64,000 nucleotides of DNA from Eimeria praecox (Eukaryota): contig OY986947.1 in the NCBI GenBank assembly GCA_963920595.1, positions 5,084,001 through 5,148,000 on the forward strand, written 5' to 3'. The translations under genes and the position numbers were made by a program. Each line of letters starts with the position of its first letter. Within the stretch, counting starts at the first letter, position 1. Below are positions 1-12,600 of the stretch, in pieces. Under the pieces are notes generated by a model. It was not told the DNA's origin. It searched no databases and saw only the letters and a list, made by a program, of their open reading frames with translations.

Positions 1-1760
1 TTTCCAGGATCCGTCGAAAGAGGCTGGAGAGAGGGCAGGAGATCCGCAGCGTGAGGTGTCACGTGTCAGTGAGGGTGCCAGGTCGCGCAGCGTGGATGCG
101 GAGGAGCGGCAGACGAGCCAGGGTGGGCCTCCAGTGGGTTCCGCTGGGGCTGGCGTATCCTCCTGCAGGGGTTTGGGTTTGGTGGAGGAAGCTGCAGCGG
201 AGGCCAAGAGGTTCCAGGATGCGTCGAACGTGGCTGGAGGTGGAGCCGAAGGGCCGCGGCGTGAAGTGTCGCGTGTCAGCGAAAACGGAAGCTCTTGCAT
301 TGATACACAGGAACGGCAGACGAGCCACGGCGCTCCGACTCCGTGTGGGGAAGAGGATGGTACATCCTTGCACAGCATTGTGGGTTTTGCTCGGGAGGCT
401 GCGGATGGGGACGAAAGCTTCCAGGATGCGTCGACCGGGGGTGGAGGAGAAGCGGAAGAGCCGAAGCGTGACGGGTCGCGGGCCAGCGAGGGCAGAGTCT
501 CGTGCGGGGATGCAGAGAAACGCCGGGCGGACCAGGAAGCATCTGCAGCAAGTGTGGATGCGGGTGGTCCTTCGTTATGGTCTAGTTTCTTCTCCGTGCT
601 GACGCGTGTTGAGGGGTCAGACGACAGTTTTCAGGATGCTTCCAACGGTGTTGGAGGGGAGGCATCAGAGGGGAAGCGGGAGATGTCGCGTGCCAGCGAG
701 GGTACAGGGTCGTGTGAGGGTACGGAGCGTGACCAAGCGAGTCAGGGCGTTTCGCCAGTTATTGGGGAAGACGCAGGTGCTTCATCCTGCAGCAGCTTGA
801 TTTTGGGGCACGATGGTGCGAGCGCTGGTGACAGTTTCCAGGATCCGTCGAAAGAGGCTGGAGAGAGGGCAGGAGATCCGCAGCGTGAGGTGTCACGTGT
901 CAGCGAGGGTGCCAGGTCGCGCAGCGTGGATGCGGAGGAGCGGCAGACGAGCCAGGGTGGGCCTCCAGTGGATTCCGCTGGGGCTGGCGTATCCTTCTGC
1001 AGGGGTTCGGGTTTGGTGGAGGAAGCTGCAGCGGAGGCCAAGAGGTTCCAGGATGCGTCGAACGTGGCTGGAGGTGGAGCCGAAGGGCCGCGGCGTGAAG
1101 TGTCGCGTTGCGGCGAGCGACGGGGCTCGTGGGGGGGAGCACAAGAGAGAGCGACATTGCAGTGCAGCTCCCCAGAAAGTGTGGAAGCCTGTGGTGCGTC
1201 CTTGTACGGCTTTTCTCGGGAGGCCTCTGATGGGGACGAAAGCTTCCAGGATGTGCCGGATGCTGCTGAGGGGGAGGTGGAAGGGCCAAAGAGTGAGGTT
1301 TGGCGTGAAAGCAAAGGAAGAGGCTCGTCGGGTGATAATCAAGAGCAGCAGACGGGGCTTGGTAGTTCGACGACCAGTGTGGAGAGGGCGGGTGCATCGC
1401 TCTGGAGCAGTTTATGTGTAGCGATGAAATCTGCAGAGGAGACGGATGGGAGCTGTCAGGTTTTATCACACGGTCTTGCAGGGGTAGCTGAAGAGAAGAA
1501 GCTCGGGGTATCGCTTGGCAGCGAAGGTAGAATCGCATGTGTGAATGCGGAAGGGCGTCAGATGAGGCAGCGGGCATCCACTGTGGAAGGGGCATCATCT
1601 AGGGAATGCGTGGGGTTCGCGAAGGAGGCTGCGGAGACTAGTGAGAGCTTCCAGGATGTGTCGGACATGATTGAAAGAGGGGTCGAGGAGCCGAAGCTTG
1701 GCCTATCGCCTGGGCGCGATGTTACAAGCTCTTCTGGGGGCACGCAAGAAATCCAGGCGG
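1..1760 (+). repeat. Coding tandem repeat: ~207-210 bp units nested in an 834-bp higher-order repeat
   Basis: The FQD motif recurs at nt 2, 212, 419, 629, 836, 1046, 1244, (1454, degenerate) and 1649. Positions 1-~270 are near-identical to 835-~1105. Confidence 0.9.
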
Positions 1761-4700
1761 GCACGGGAGATTCTGTGAGTGGGAGAAACTGTGTGCAGCA
1801 AGTGGACCTTCAGGAAGCACCCAGTGGACCCCTCGGGCACACAGGAAAAATCCCAGACAACAACAACGGAGATCCATCTCTTGGAGTGTCGCTAACAAGG
1901 CGGGAGATGCAGCAGAGTCGGGAAGAGGATTTGACAAGATATTATGGAACATCAGTGATGCCTTTAATCGATGGAGATATGGGGATAGCAGCGGACGGGT
2001 GTAAGTGTGCCATAGGTGGCTCTGGCGAGGTTTGCCATACAAAACGGGAACGGCATGAAGGAACTTCGCACCCTCCAGACTTTCTCTCCTCGTCAATCCG
2101 CTGTTTTCCTGAGGCACAGGGCCTTGGTTCTCGGAATGGCGGGACGCGCATCTCGAGCGTACCACAGTGTACTGAACACAGACGGCGAGCAACCTGCCAG
2201 CAACAGCAGCTTCAGCAAGTACGATCCCCAGACGAATCGGAAAATTCTGGCTTACAAAACCCGCCGAAAGCTCCGTTTGGCCGCCCCTTAAGAAAGTCGG
2301 AATCGGGTGATGCCACAGCTACGACCAACTGCCTACGCAATTCCGAAATGTTTAGCCTCAGTTATGGCGACATCCCCAGTAGCAGCCGTCCGCTCAACGG
2401 AGATGTAGGCTCCCATTGCGTCGGGACGGTTACCAAGCAATACTGCATTAGTAGTAGGGGCAGCAGCAAGGAAAGCAGCAGCGGGAACAACAGGGTTTAC
2501 GAAGACTCGGAGAGTGGCAGTGAATCTCTCAGCAGCAGCTCTGATAGCAGCACGAGCAGGAGCAGCTGCAGCAGCTGCTGTAGCAGCGAAAGCAGTTGCC
2601 ACAGCAGCGAAAGTGCTCACAGTGATAGCAAGGATTCGAATGCCTACGAAACGTGGAGTTCTTGCAAGGAATTTTCTAGTAGAGCCTTTGGGCTCGTAGG
2701 AGACACTGAGCCTCCATTAGGAGTGACCGAAGGACAGATGCCGTCCCCTTCGGTGTCTACTATATCGAGAGATTTGGCGCCGGACAGCAATGAGTGCGCA
2801 AAGAAAAACAAACCCTTTTACGGGCTGACGAGGTCGTCATCGCAGGCATCGATCTACTGCACAAACTATGGAGAAGGGCCCGCTTTGCTACCCCCCCAGG
2901 CTGAACGAGTAGAAAGTAAAGAGGCTCCTACACGGGAGGAGGTGCATGCTGGCATGCGTGACTCCACATCGGCACTGCCTTTGTCGAGTTCCCAGGCTAC
3001 TCGTGCTTCGCAGCAGCCTCCAAATGCGAGGCGTTGGCCGCCACCAGCATTTGGTCTCGCCGCTGCTCTTTCTTCCTTGGCACACCTAGTATTTACTTCA
3101 CGGGAGACACGCACCAGCGCTACCCACCGACAAGATACTGCACCTTTCGCACAGAACAGAGAAGCCATGGACGATGGTTTGGCAGCTGCTACCCCGGAGC
3201 AGCGCAGCCAGGGAGAGCATGCTTCCCTTGACGCTCACTGTAAAGCGCAGGGGTCCTGCGGAGGCCTTCACGAGCAACGAAAAAGTGAAAGCGGTCAGCA
3301 AGCTCCCCGTGAGCTCGACGAACGGCTCTCTACGGCAGATCGTATGTCAGGCTTCAATGCAGAAGCTGGTGTTCATGCGCAGTCTTTGAAAAGCCGCATA
3401 CGAGGTACTCTCAGGTATCGTGGTCCTCAACCGGCACTTCGTGGGAACAGTTTGCCAGGAACGGCTGCTGAGGAAGAGTGCGGTGCTACCCAGGAATCAA
3501 CCGAGGGGCATCAGAGAGTCATCGGCGAGGTTAAGAAGCGTCCTTTCCGCAGCAGTGGCAACAGTTTCCGCAAGGGTTTCCAATTGAGCAAGCGGCAGCT
3601 AGCTCTGAGGTTGCTTCACGTGTCTAGAAATGCAGTTCCAGCCCTGCGTTGCCACAATGGAAGCTTGCTCCCTTGCCAAGCCCTGCGGCTGAGCAGGAAT
3701 CGGTCTGCAGGATGCGAAAAGGTTGAAGCTGTGTATCTGGCCCCTCCTCTACCTAGGCGGTGTTGCACATTTGGCGGGGCGTTTCTGCCGACGTATTTGA
3801 AAGTGGGTCGAAGCCAAAATCGTGAATCGCTCACTTCCGACTCATCGGAAGGGCTTGTCGAAGATGTGGCCAACTCGAAGGGCAGTACAGAAGGCGATTC
3901 ATTCGAGAGCTCTGTATCGGCTGCAGGGAAAGCTTCTCCCCGGTCTCTTGGTATGCAGTGCGTGTCTCAGTTCAAGGGTCTTCAGTTTTACAAGGGACCT
4001 GCAGCAGCAAAGAAAGCCATCAGCACTGAAGAGTCACGAAACAGTCAGCCTAGCTTAGGATGTGGAATTCACGTAGTGCCCGATGAAGCAGCAAGCCTGT
4101 ATCTCACTACTGATTCTCCCGGGCCCAGGAGCTTTTCTGACACGCCTGTTAATATCCAGTTGGGCAGGATGAGGCAGGCTCGATGGGACTCATGCGAAGA
4201 GCTGCACAGAGAATATGATGATGATGCAGTCCACCTCATGAACGAGTTTCCTCCTTTGGGAAGACGCGAAAAATTGGATTTTCAAAGGGCATATCCTGGG
4301 GCTTGCCATTCGGCACAGCCGTCAACCTCATCTGAGCCTATGCTTTATTATTCCAAGTCCATAGGATGGGGTGGTTCGAAGCCGTTGGACATGACGACAA
4401 CGAATCTTATTCTGGAGAATGCAGTGGAATTTGCCCTGCACAAACATCCTCAGGGGCCAGGCCACCGAATACGTCTAGAGCGCTTGAGGAATGAAAAGCT
4501 CAAAATGCTCTTGGGGGGGGGAGGAGATAACAAGCCCTCCGAGGCGCATAGGCCGGGAACTCCTGCCTCCAGCAATATCGATTCTCTAGAGGCCCATCCT
4601 ACCCCAGTTGCATATAAGGGACCGTTGACAAAGCGATTAGCGCTTGCCCAGCCTACATTGGGTTGCAGGATGCCCTCCCATGTTTTTTGTGGTAATTTTC

Positions 4701-7700
4701 TGTCTGCCGCGTCTTTGTGGACTCTGCAGCTGAGGCGGCCAGCCGCCGGTGAAGAAGGTGAAAGACTCTTGCATTCTGGAAGTTCCTCAGAAGGCTTCAG
4801 GAAAGAGGACTCTGGCCTAGACGCCTCGCTAGGAAAAGGCTGCTCTCCTCAGGAAGAGGCGTTTTGGAGTGAGTCATCGGGAAAGACCTTACGAGCGCCT
4901 CTGGTGCAGGCAGCCAGGCGGTTCTTGCCCTCCACCTTCAACCCTTTATTGCAGGAATTGCTTGACTTCCCCCTCTTCGAGTTAGGCCCAGCACCTGCTA
5001 GCAGGAGATCGACTGTTGTAGAACCGAGTGGCTGCTTAACAGCTAGGACTTCACAGATCCAGGAAAGGAAGGGGGGTAGAGAATTGCAATCCAGCACTAT
5101 GCCGAAGCCGCGGAGACCGTGGGCATGCGGGGAGCCGGTTTCGGTAGCCCAAGAAGAACCGAGGCCGGCGGTTCGCACGTACATTCATAGGCCGGGTTGC
5201 AGATGCTCGCTTTGTTTGGCTGGCTGGGGAGTGCCTGGTCAATCGGGAGGCGCGCCCGTTGAACGGCATGGGGACACGTATTCTTCTCTTGACGTTCCGT
5301 CTCCTCGACTCCAGGCAGGGCTTCCAGTAGTATCGTCTTCACCAGGAGGTTACTCAGCAGCCTCTCCAATGCGTATCATTTCCTCTCCCTTGGGCCCTTA
5401 CCCGGGTTATGGGGCTGGGAGCGGAAATGCCATTCGAGTCGAGTCACCTACGCGCATGCGATACGGCGTGGGTGAGAGCATCGCGGCGCCGATTAGTTAT
5501 ATTGAGCACCAGGGGAACAAAGCTTCAACTTCCACACTGCAGTCTGTCTACCCAGTGGAAGGGCTGCAGACACCGCAAGTGCAAACAGTTTCCTGTAACG
5601 ACTGGCAGCCTGGCCAGCAGCCACAGATTCCCGAGCGAATGAGTGCCCACCCAACCGCGGGTTATCCTCTGACAGCAGAAGAAAAACAGCATCAAGAAAG
5701 ACATTCACATGGGAGGCCAGCTTGCGTTTCCTCAGCTCCGCTTCATACGCCACAGAATGATCCGTTGCACCACAAAAACCCCATATCAACAGTTTCAAGC
5801 AGAGCTGTCAGCTATGATGAACTCGAGAAACTCCGGGCACAGCAAGAACAGCAACAAAAGGAAGCAGAAGAGTTGAGGAGAAGACAAGAGGAACTGGAAA
5901 AGGAGCAAAATAAACAGAGGGAGGAGTTGGAGCTGGAGAGACAGCAATTGAAGGAGCAACGAGAACGCCTAGAAGAGCAACGCCATGCATTTGAGCAAGA
6001 AAAGCAGGAGATGCTGAATGCACAGCTGCTGGCCGCTTCCAAGGGTCGGAGCAGGGGTCTTGAATCAAGTAGTGGTGTCGGCAAGGGCAGCGCAGAGAGG
6101 CTGCCTGTTAACAACACCGGCGAAACTTTTGATCTTCCACGGGGTACAGCGGCTCGAACACCGCATGGCTCTCCTATTCGGCATACGAACTCCACTTCAA
6201 ATATAGTTCGCTCGATAACTGGATCCGCCTTTGGTGAACTTCAGACAGACAGGCGGCATGGTGGTACGGTAGGGGATGCAGATGCCACAGAAGAAAAAGA
6301 GGTCTCAAACACAGTCGGCGGTCGTCAGCAAGCTCTCCAGCCCACAGCTTCGTGTGCTCGCTTCTTTAGTCGCACAGCAAGCGTTGACACAAATGACGAG
6401 AAAGAGCCTAGTACGTCGCTTTGAAGGGAGGGAATCGGTAGCCTTGGTATACACCACACTTGACGGGATTATTCTTGTTGTGGTAGCTCATGCTTGACGT
6501 TTCACTGTTCACTTCAGATACTGTGTGTATGTTTTTTTCTTTGCTGCAGCGCTGAGCCCTCAAGACGATTTGCAGACAGATCCTTCGATGGCGTAAGTTG
6601 AAACGGGCTTTTCTCATTAAACAAACGGGCTATAATTTTGCTACGAACTTTTGTCGGTGGGTGGCTGGGGGCGCTTTTGGAAGTTAGTGTGAAAGCAAAA
6701 GCCCTAAAGTACGCAACACCGCTGTTTGTTTTCTTCTAGGCTCTCCACGGCCCTGGACAAGCTTTCCAAGATTCGGATGAAGCTTGACACCCTGCAGCAG
6801 CAACTGGAAGTTCAATCCCAGGAGGTTGCAAGTTACTACAGCGCTCTCAAAGCAGTAAATCTGACCCCTGCTACTTTTCAGCAGGGAGGTTAGTTTAGCT
6901 TTGCTTTTCACGGGCCTTTCGCCTTAATCGCCTTCCGATTAATGATTTTGTCGGAATTGTTGGACGGTGCTCTATTCAGGCTGACCAAGTCCACAGCTCC
7001 CTGCAGCAGACTGCCGCCGATTGCCGTGTTTGCTACGGAAGACGGCATACACAAATGCAGGAGGTTGAGAAGCGTCTTAGTGTTCTGACGGTGATTTATG
7101 AACAACGTAGACGGCTTCATATATGCTCGCTGATGGTTGAGGCGTTTCTGCCGCTTTTCGTCTTTATGCCGCCGACTCATACGTCGTCAACTCTTGCGCA
7201 TGGCTGCTATATTTCCATCGCTGTCTTCATTATTGCTTTTGCAATTTAGGCCCAAGATCTCCATCCTTGCTCTGTGGACGAGCTCGAAGAACTTGCGCAA
7301 GAATTGGAAGGAAGTGAGCATTAGCCAAGCCCTTCTCTGGGTGAAGGCTGGCATCTGTGTCATGCGGGCCTGCCTAGTCCAGCTGAAACACGTATCATTC
7401 GTGTATATAGATTTCCCTGGATAATCTCTGTCAGAGTAGCATACGACTTGTTTGGTTGCCTGCTCATGCGCAGCCCAGTATAAGTTAACTGTTGTTCAAG
7501 CACAGCGAGCAGGCGGTGCAGCAGAAGAAAGCCGCAAGAAACCAAAACAGCTTCTGCCGTATTCCTCCAGCTGCCTTCCAGATCCCAAGTCTTCGGTGAG
7601 TGTTCCTGACTGTGGCTTTCCAGGAACTCAAAAGGCTGCATGCAATGGGTGTATGGGGCCTTATGAAAGCCCGCGTGCGTGGGTTGTAAAGTGTGATAAT

Positions 7701-8478
7701 AATTTTTCGTGTTTCTGTATTACATAGCCCGTGAGGCTTTTGACTAAGCGTGGGTCCCTACATGCGTGTTGTGTCTTGGCTTCAACTCAGTTTGCCATCC
7801 CCGAGGAGCCTGTCGCCAGGATTGGCCCCGACGAGTGCGTTGCAGTGCAAGAGTCAGCTGTTCAAGAAATCAAGGCTTTGGGTGATGACCTGGAGCACAT
7901 TAAAACAGTGCACTGCGAGTACAAACGGGCCTACAAGAGGCTGCAGGTGGGTTTCGGTATTGGCACTGCCCCCATTCTCTGCGTGGTAAGCCTCAGCCTC
8001 CCTGTCAAAGCATATAGTGGTTTGCATTTATGGCTGCTTTCACTTATTTCAGGGCATCATGACCCAGCAAATAAACAGTTATGACGTAGACTTGCAACGA
8101 CTAATCGCTATAGAGAAAAACTTAGAAGAAAAACTGCGTAGGCTTTTGTTCCTCAATGGAGACGCGAACTATGCCGGTAGGCTGCACCAACATTTTAATA
8201 CGCGAAGACGATTAATGGTATATGCAGTGCTTGGATGCTTTCGTCATCTTGCGCATTTTGCCTGGAGAGTGAGCATAGCATCTGCTTTCTGCAGCATGTC
8301 GCCTGGTATGACTGTTGAATTTGAATTTCTGGCTGCAGAGCTGTCAGACGCACAAATGCAAGAATATTTCCGCATCGTGAACTTGTCCATCCGCAAGGTA
8401 TACAGAGAGATAGCTTTACGGGAATCAGGCGACCGCAAACGAAATGAGCCACGCACCAGCGGTGGGTGGCTTGAGTAG
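2..8478 (+). CDS. Very large hypothetical protein (5'-truncated by the window) with N-terminal ~70-aa tandem repeats, a Ser-rich tract and a C-terminal coiled coil; multi-exon
   Basis: The frame is open from position 2 to 6424 (>2,100 codons), with an E/Q/R coiled coil at ~5810-6020. A probable donor GTACGT at 6411 is followed by small exons bounded by ag/gt: ~6550-6592, ~6740-6888 (LDKLSKIRMKLDTLQQQLE), ~6980-7090, ~7250-7313, ~7500-7596, ~7791-7946, ~8053-8177 and ~8339-8478 (ending ...GGWLE*). The splicing model is by eye. Confidence 0.7.
2450..2630 (+). repeat. Imperfect AGC/CAG trinucleotide tract encoding a poly-Ser low-complexity region
   Basis: Runs such as agcagcagctctgatagcagcacgagcaggagcagctgcagcagctgc translate to SSSSDSSTSRSSCSSCCSSESS. 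Confidence 0.75.
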
Positions 8479-9631
8479 AGGCGGCCGAATGCAGACGCAA
8501 CATCATCCGTAAGAGCCCTACCACATCCGGCATGCTGTAATGAGCTTAAGTTAGCAGCAGGCCTCCGTACCAGACGATTCGCCTTCAATGCAAGAATGTG
8601 TGTTTAAAGTTTGAATTTCTCTATAGGGGGCAAGAATATTTGTTAAGTGTTTTTACTGAGAGCAATGCACATTGCCGTGGTTTATGTGGCGTGCATTTAG
8701 GGTCATCAAATAGTCATGACTGTGGACAGGCCAGAAACCACCAAAGCTCTCTCGACGCCTGCGTCAATGATCTCAATGGAACACGTGAATACAGTGGCGA
8801 TACGGCGGTTTTCAACTTTTCTCCCCAGTGCAATACTGTAGAGGGGAGCCAGGCCTTCACACATTATTCCCAGGGTAGCCTTGGCACCTCGCGGAACTGT
8901 TGCAATCCAGTTCACGTTCCCTTCGTTGCTGGCAGTAGGGCTAGCAGCATTACAACTCAGCGCATGCTGGTGCATGACTCCCGTTTAGCACCCCGGCAGA
9001 CTTCGGCTGATCGTCCGTTGCCTCTGAACGATTCCTCGGCCACTAGTTGTCACACTACATCATCATACCACCGCAAAGCTGTATGAAGGTTGTCTGTTCA
9101 GTAAACCACCATATAGCATCTTTTTAAATGTGGTAGAGAACGGCCTGGGATACCCATGAACAATAGACCTTCGAGCCACTAGCAAATTTGTCATAACTCC
9201 AAATACGTGGGCCTCGAAGGCCCTTATTCTATCTTATTCTTCTAGCCATGCAAGCATTTGGCAGCCATAAATAAAGTACACTTCATACAGGCGTGTAGCA
9301 GACTCGCAGAAGTCGATATGCTGATGCAAAACCGTTCGATAACTATTTGCTAAGGAGAGCCAATACATACAGGGCATCCATAAATTTAAGCTGCACCCGC
9401 GGCTATCCATATCCCTATGAATAAGTCGTGCAGAGGATACGTGTAAGGGCGAGGTAGTCACACGACCCTGCCCTAATAAAAACAGACAGACCATGAAACA
9501 GAGCATGGCCTCTTACCCTCGAAAATGGCAAGATGCTGAAAGTTAGGTGCTCACGCGATACGCAGTGATGCCCTTCGTGGCAGGAGACCGCCCTGCTGAG
9601 CTGTGAAGACCTCAATAGGCACAGAGCAGCA

Positions 9632-12600
9632 CTACCGATGAAGACGAGAGCGTTTCGACGACTCCAGAGCTTCCATTTCCAGTCGTTTTCTCAGTTCCTT
9701 AAATTCCTCCATCTTCCTATCCTTCTCTTCAGCTTTCCTCTTTTCTTGGGCAGCCCGAATTGCATCTTGCTGTTGTTTCGTCTCCTCTTCGTCTGGTGAC
9801 CATCGCCAGATTGTTGATTGTTCTTCTACGACTCGGCTCATTGTCCAGTGGCCATCCGCCCATTCCTTGGGCAATGACACGAGGGCACTCTCCAAGTGTC
9901 TGAGTACTGCATTTCGCTGCTTTTGCAGCAGACGCATCTGCCAGTCGAAGAGGTCCGAAGGGATAAGGGCACCTTGCAGGTTTGGTGATGCAGCACTCAG
10001 CACAGTTCGTAGCGTTCTGGTTAGTTCCCCGTCGTTTTGCGAAATTATTGGTGATCCTTTTCCGTTGACATTCGGGTGTTCACAACTCTGAGACTCATCG
10101 CCCCGTCGTTCGGGAGAAGCTGCACTTGCCCCTGCTGAAGCAGATCTGAAAATATCCCACGACTCAACGAAGAATTTCTGGTACATCTCCGAATCCTTGA
10201 GGTGAGACTTTTCTGTCGTCCATTTACAACTTCGTGCAACTACTTCTGCTAAATGCTCAACAAAAGAAAATGACGTCTCCAGGTCTTTCTGCAAAACCCC
10301 CTTCTCGAAGCTGTGAATGTATCTTGCAGCTGCGAAGAATATGTTCGGTGAGTCAAATACTCCACTGTCATTTCGTTCCGCAGCTTCAGTATCATCTCTT
10401 TGTCCCAACGCTAATGCTTCACCGAAGGAGATAACAGGCCCTCCAATCAGTTGCTTCGAGAAGTCGGCCGGATTTCGCGGCACAGTGTTCGAAGAAGCCA
10501 ACCTCCAGAAGTACACGCGTTGTGCATCCGTGTGCCCTGCTATCTCTACCAGCGAATCCGGCGGGAACACGTAAAACTCAAAAATGCGGAATCCAACGAT
10601 GTGACGTACTGGGCCACCACACAGAACCCATTCTATAAACTTGTCAACCATGTGGCTATGTTGCTGCTTCATAAGGTTCTGCTGCGCGAGTTCTGCTGAA
10701 CTTGCTTCGGTATGAAATGCTTCTTCCTGCTTAACCTTGAGAAGGGTTTCTAGCCGTCGTCGTGTACGCAACAGCGGCTTTATATATGTGGAGACGAACG
10801 CTAGACTGGACGGAGTAAGCAGTAACCGGCTTTCCAGCTTGAGCTTTGCCAGGGATGTATGCTCGTCCTCAAGTAAAGGTACCACTTGTTGACGAAAACA
10901 GCGGCGCATCAGGCAAGGCCAGTTGCTGCATCGACGCCCTGGTGTCTCAACCTCTACCCCATTCACGTAGCACATACTGCATTCTGCCTGTCTACGAGAG
11001 ATCCTTGAAGTGTTCATCACCCAGAGTTCGTGCTCGTTTGTAAGTTCAGTGCCTTTCTGGACTTCCACTGCCACGTCAGGTCTTAGCAGCTCTGTTTCTT
11101 GCAGCCACGCAAGAAGGGTACTTTTCAGTGTGATTTCATGATTTCTTAAGTTTCTCTGAACAGACGCTGCCTTGTCGGGTGCATATCTCCCCACCTTACT
11201 ATGTGTAGATGGAATGCCTGATTCATTCGTTGTTCTTGTAGATGCATCAAGTTCTTCCAGGAAATATCTAAATGCTAGTTTCGCCCACGGGGGGCCGTCA
11301 GTAAGAGGGTGGCTCCTGGAAACTAGCTCCAAATCCCCAGCGTACCCCAGCGGTACCCTGCAGCAGCTGTTAGCGCATTGAAGAAGCAGTTTTCCTGCAT
11401 AGTCAGGCAAAATAGTAGCTGACAAATCTCTCCAAGCGTCCAATTGTTGTATTTCAGAGAGAGGGGGCTGTTGAGGGATATGCCTCAGCATCAACAAGGA
11501 AACGGGTAGACCCCACATGCTGGGTTTGGCCCCTTCAGGCAGCAGCGCTGTCTTCGATGCCTGTGGGGCATGCAAAAGCGTCAGTGACTCTCTTATAGTC
11601 ATAGCCAAGGAATCTAAACACGCGGGTCCTTGTGTTTTCATCTTTTGTGTCTGTTGCTGGTAACTACTGGCCTCCCGTTGCAAGGCCCCTGCCTGACAAG
11701 TCTGCGTAGAACATCCGGCTGCCGGAGTCGGCGTCTTTTCAGGAATGTCTATTTCCGCTCCGTCCAAGTCAAAAGCAACTATCGGAGATAAAGACGCCTC
11801 TCCACTCTTAGCGTGCCCTTGTTGCTGCTTTGCATAATCCAGTTTCTCCCAGCACAGTGCATCTCTGTCACCCGCAGGTGTAGTTTGATTGTGGGGACTC
11901 AGGCTTGGTTGTTGTGTTACATTACTTGGGTTCTTCGCCCTTGAACGGATATGTCCAGTGGTTGTCGTGGCTCCCATATGCTGTTTGTGCTGCAGTCGGA
12001 TCTTGGGAAGCAGTAGTTGCCCTAAAATGTTATCTAAGCATGCACCACCAGACGACGCCTGACATTGTAATCCACAAGCTGCCTTCTTCTTCTTGTCAGA
12101 GGATATCCGGCAATCGTTTCTGTCAATGGCACAATCATTATCTTCAGAACTTGATTCCCTCCACCTGGGGCTATCCTTGTGCAAATTGGCACTGAGTCGA
12201 ATATCCGTATGCTTGAAAACGTCACTCATCGCAGATCGGGCATCATTTAGCAGCGAGATATCTGCATCCTTCCACAAAAAACGAGGAACCCAGCCGAATT
12301 CTCGGAATCCCCCGAACGACACAACAGCGTAGCACACGGCACCCCGCAAACATAATGAGCAGCAATCAACCGTTACCGAGTCTCTGCGAGTTTGAAATGG
12401 AACATTTGCACCGGTGCCTGACGAGGAATCAACGCGGCTTTCGGCTAGATTACCCTGCGCATCCGCCTTCACATCGGGATTGCACGGGCAACACTTGCAG
12501 CAATAACACAAACAGCGCTTCGACATAAAGATGCACACAACAGGTGCCAACAGGAGGAGAAGTAACTCTTCTAGATGGGGCAACGGTGGGAGCAAGGAGG

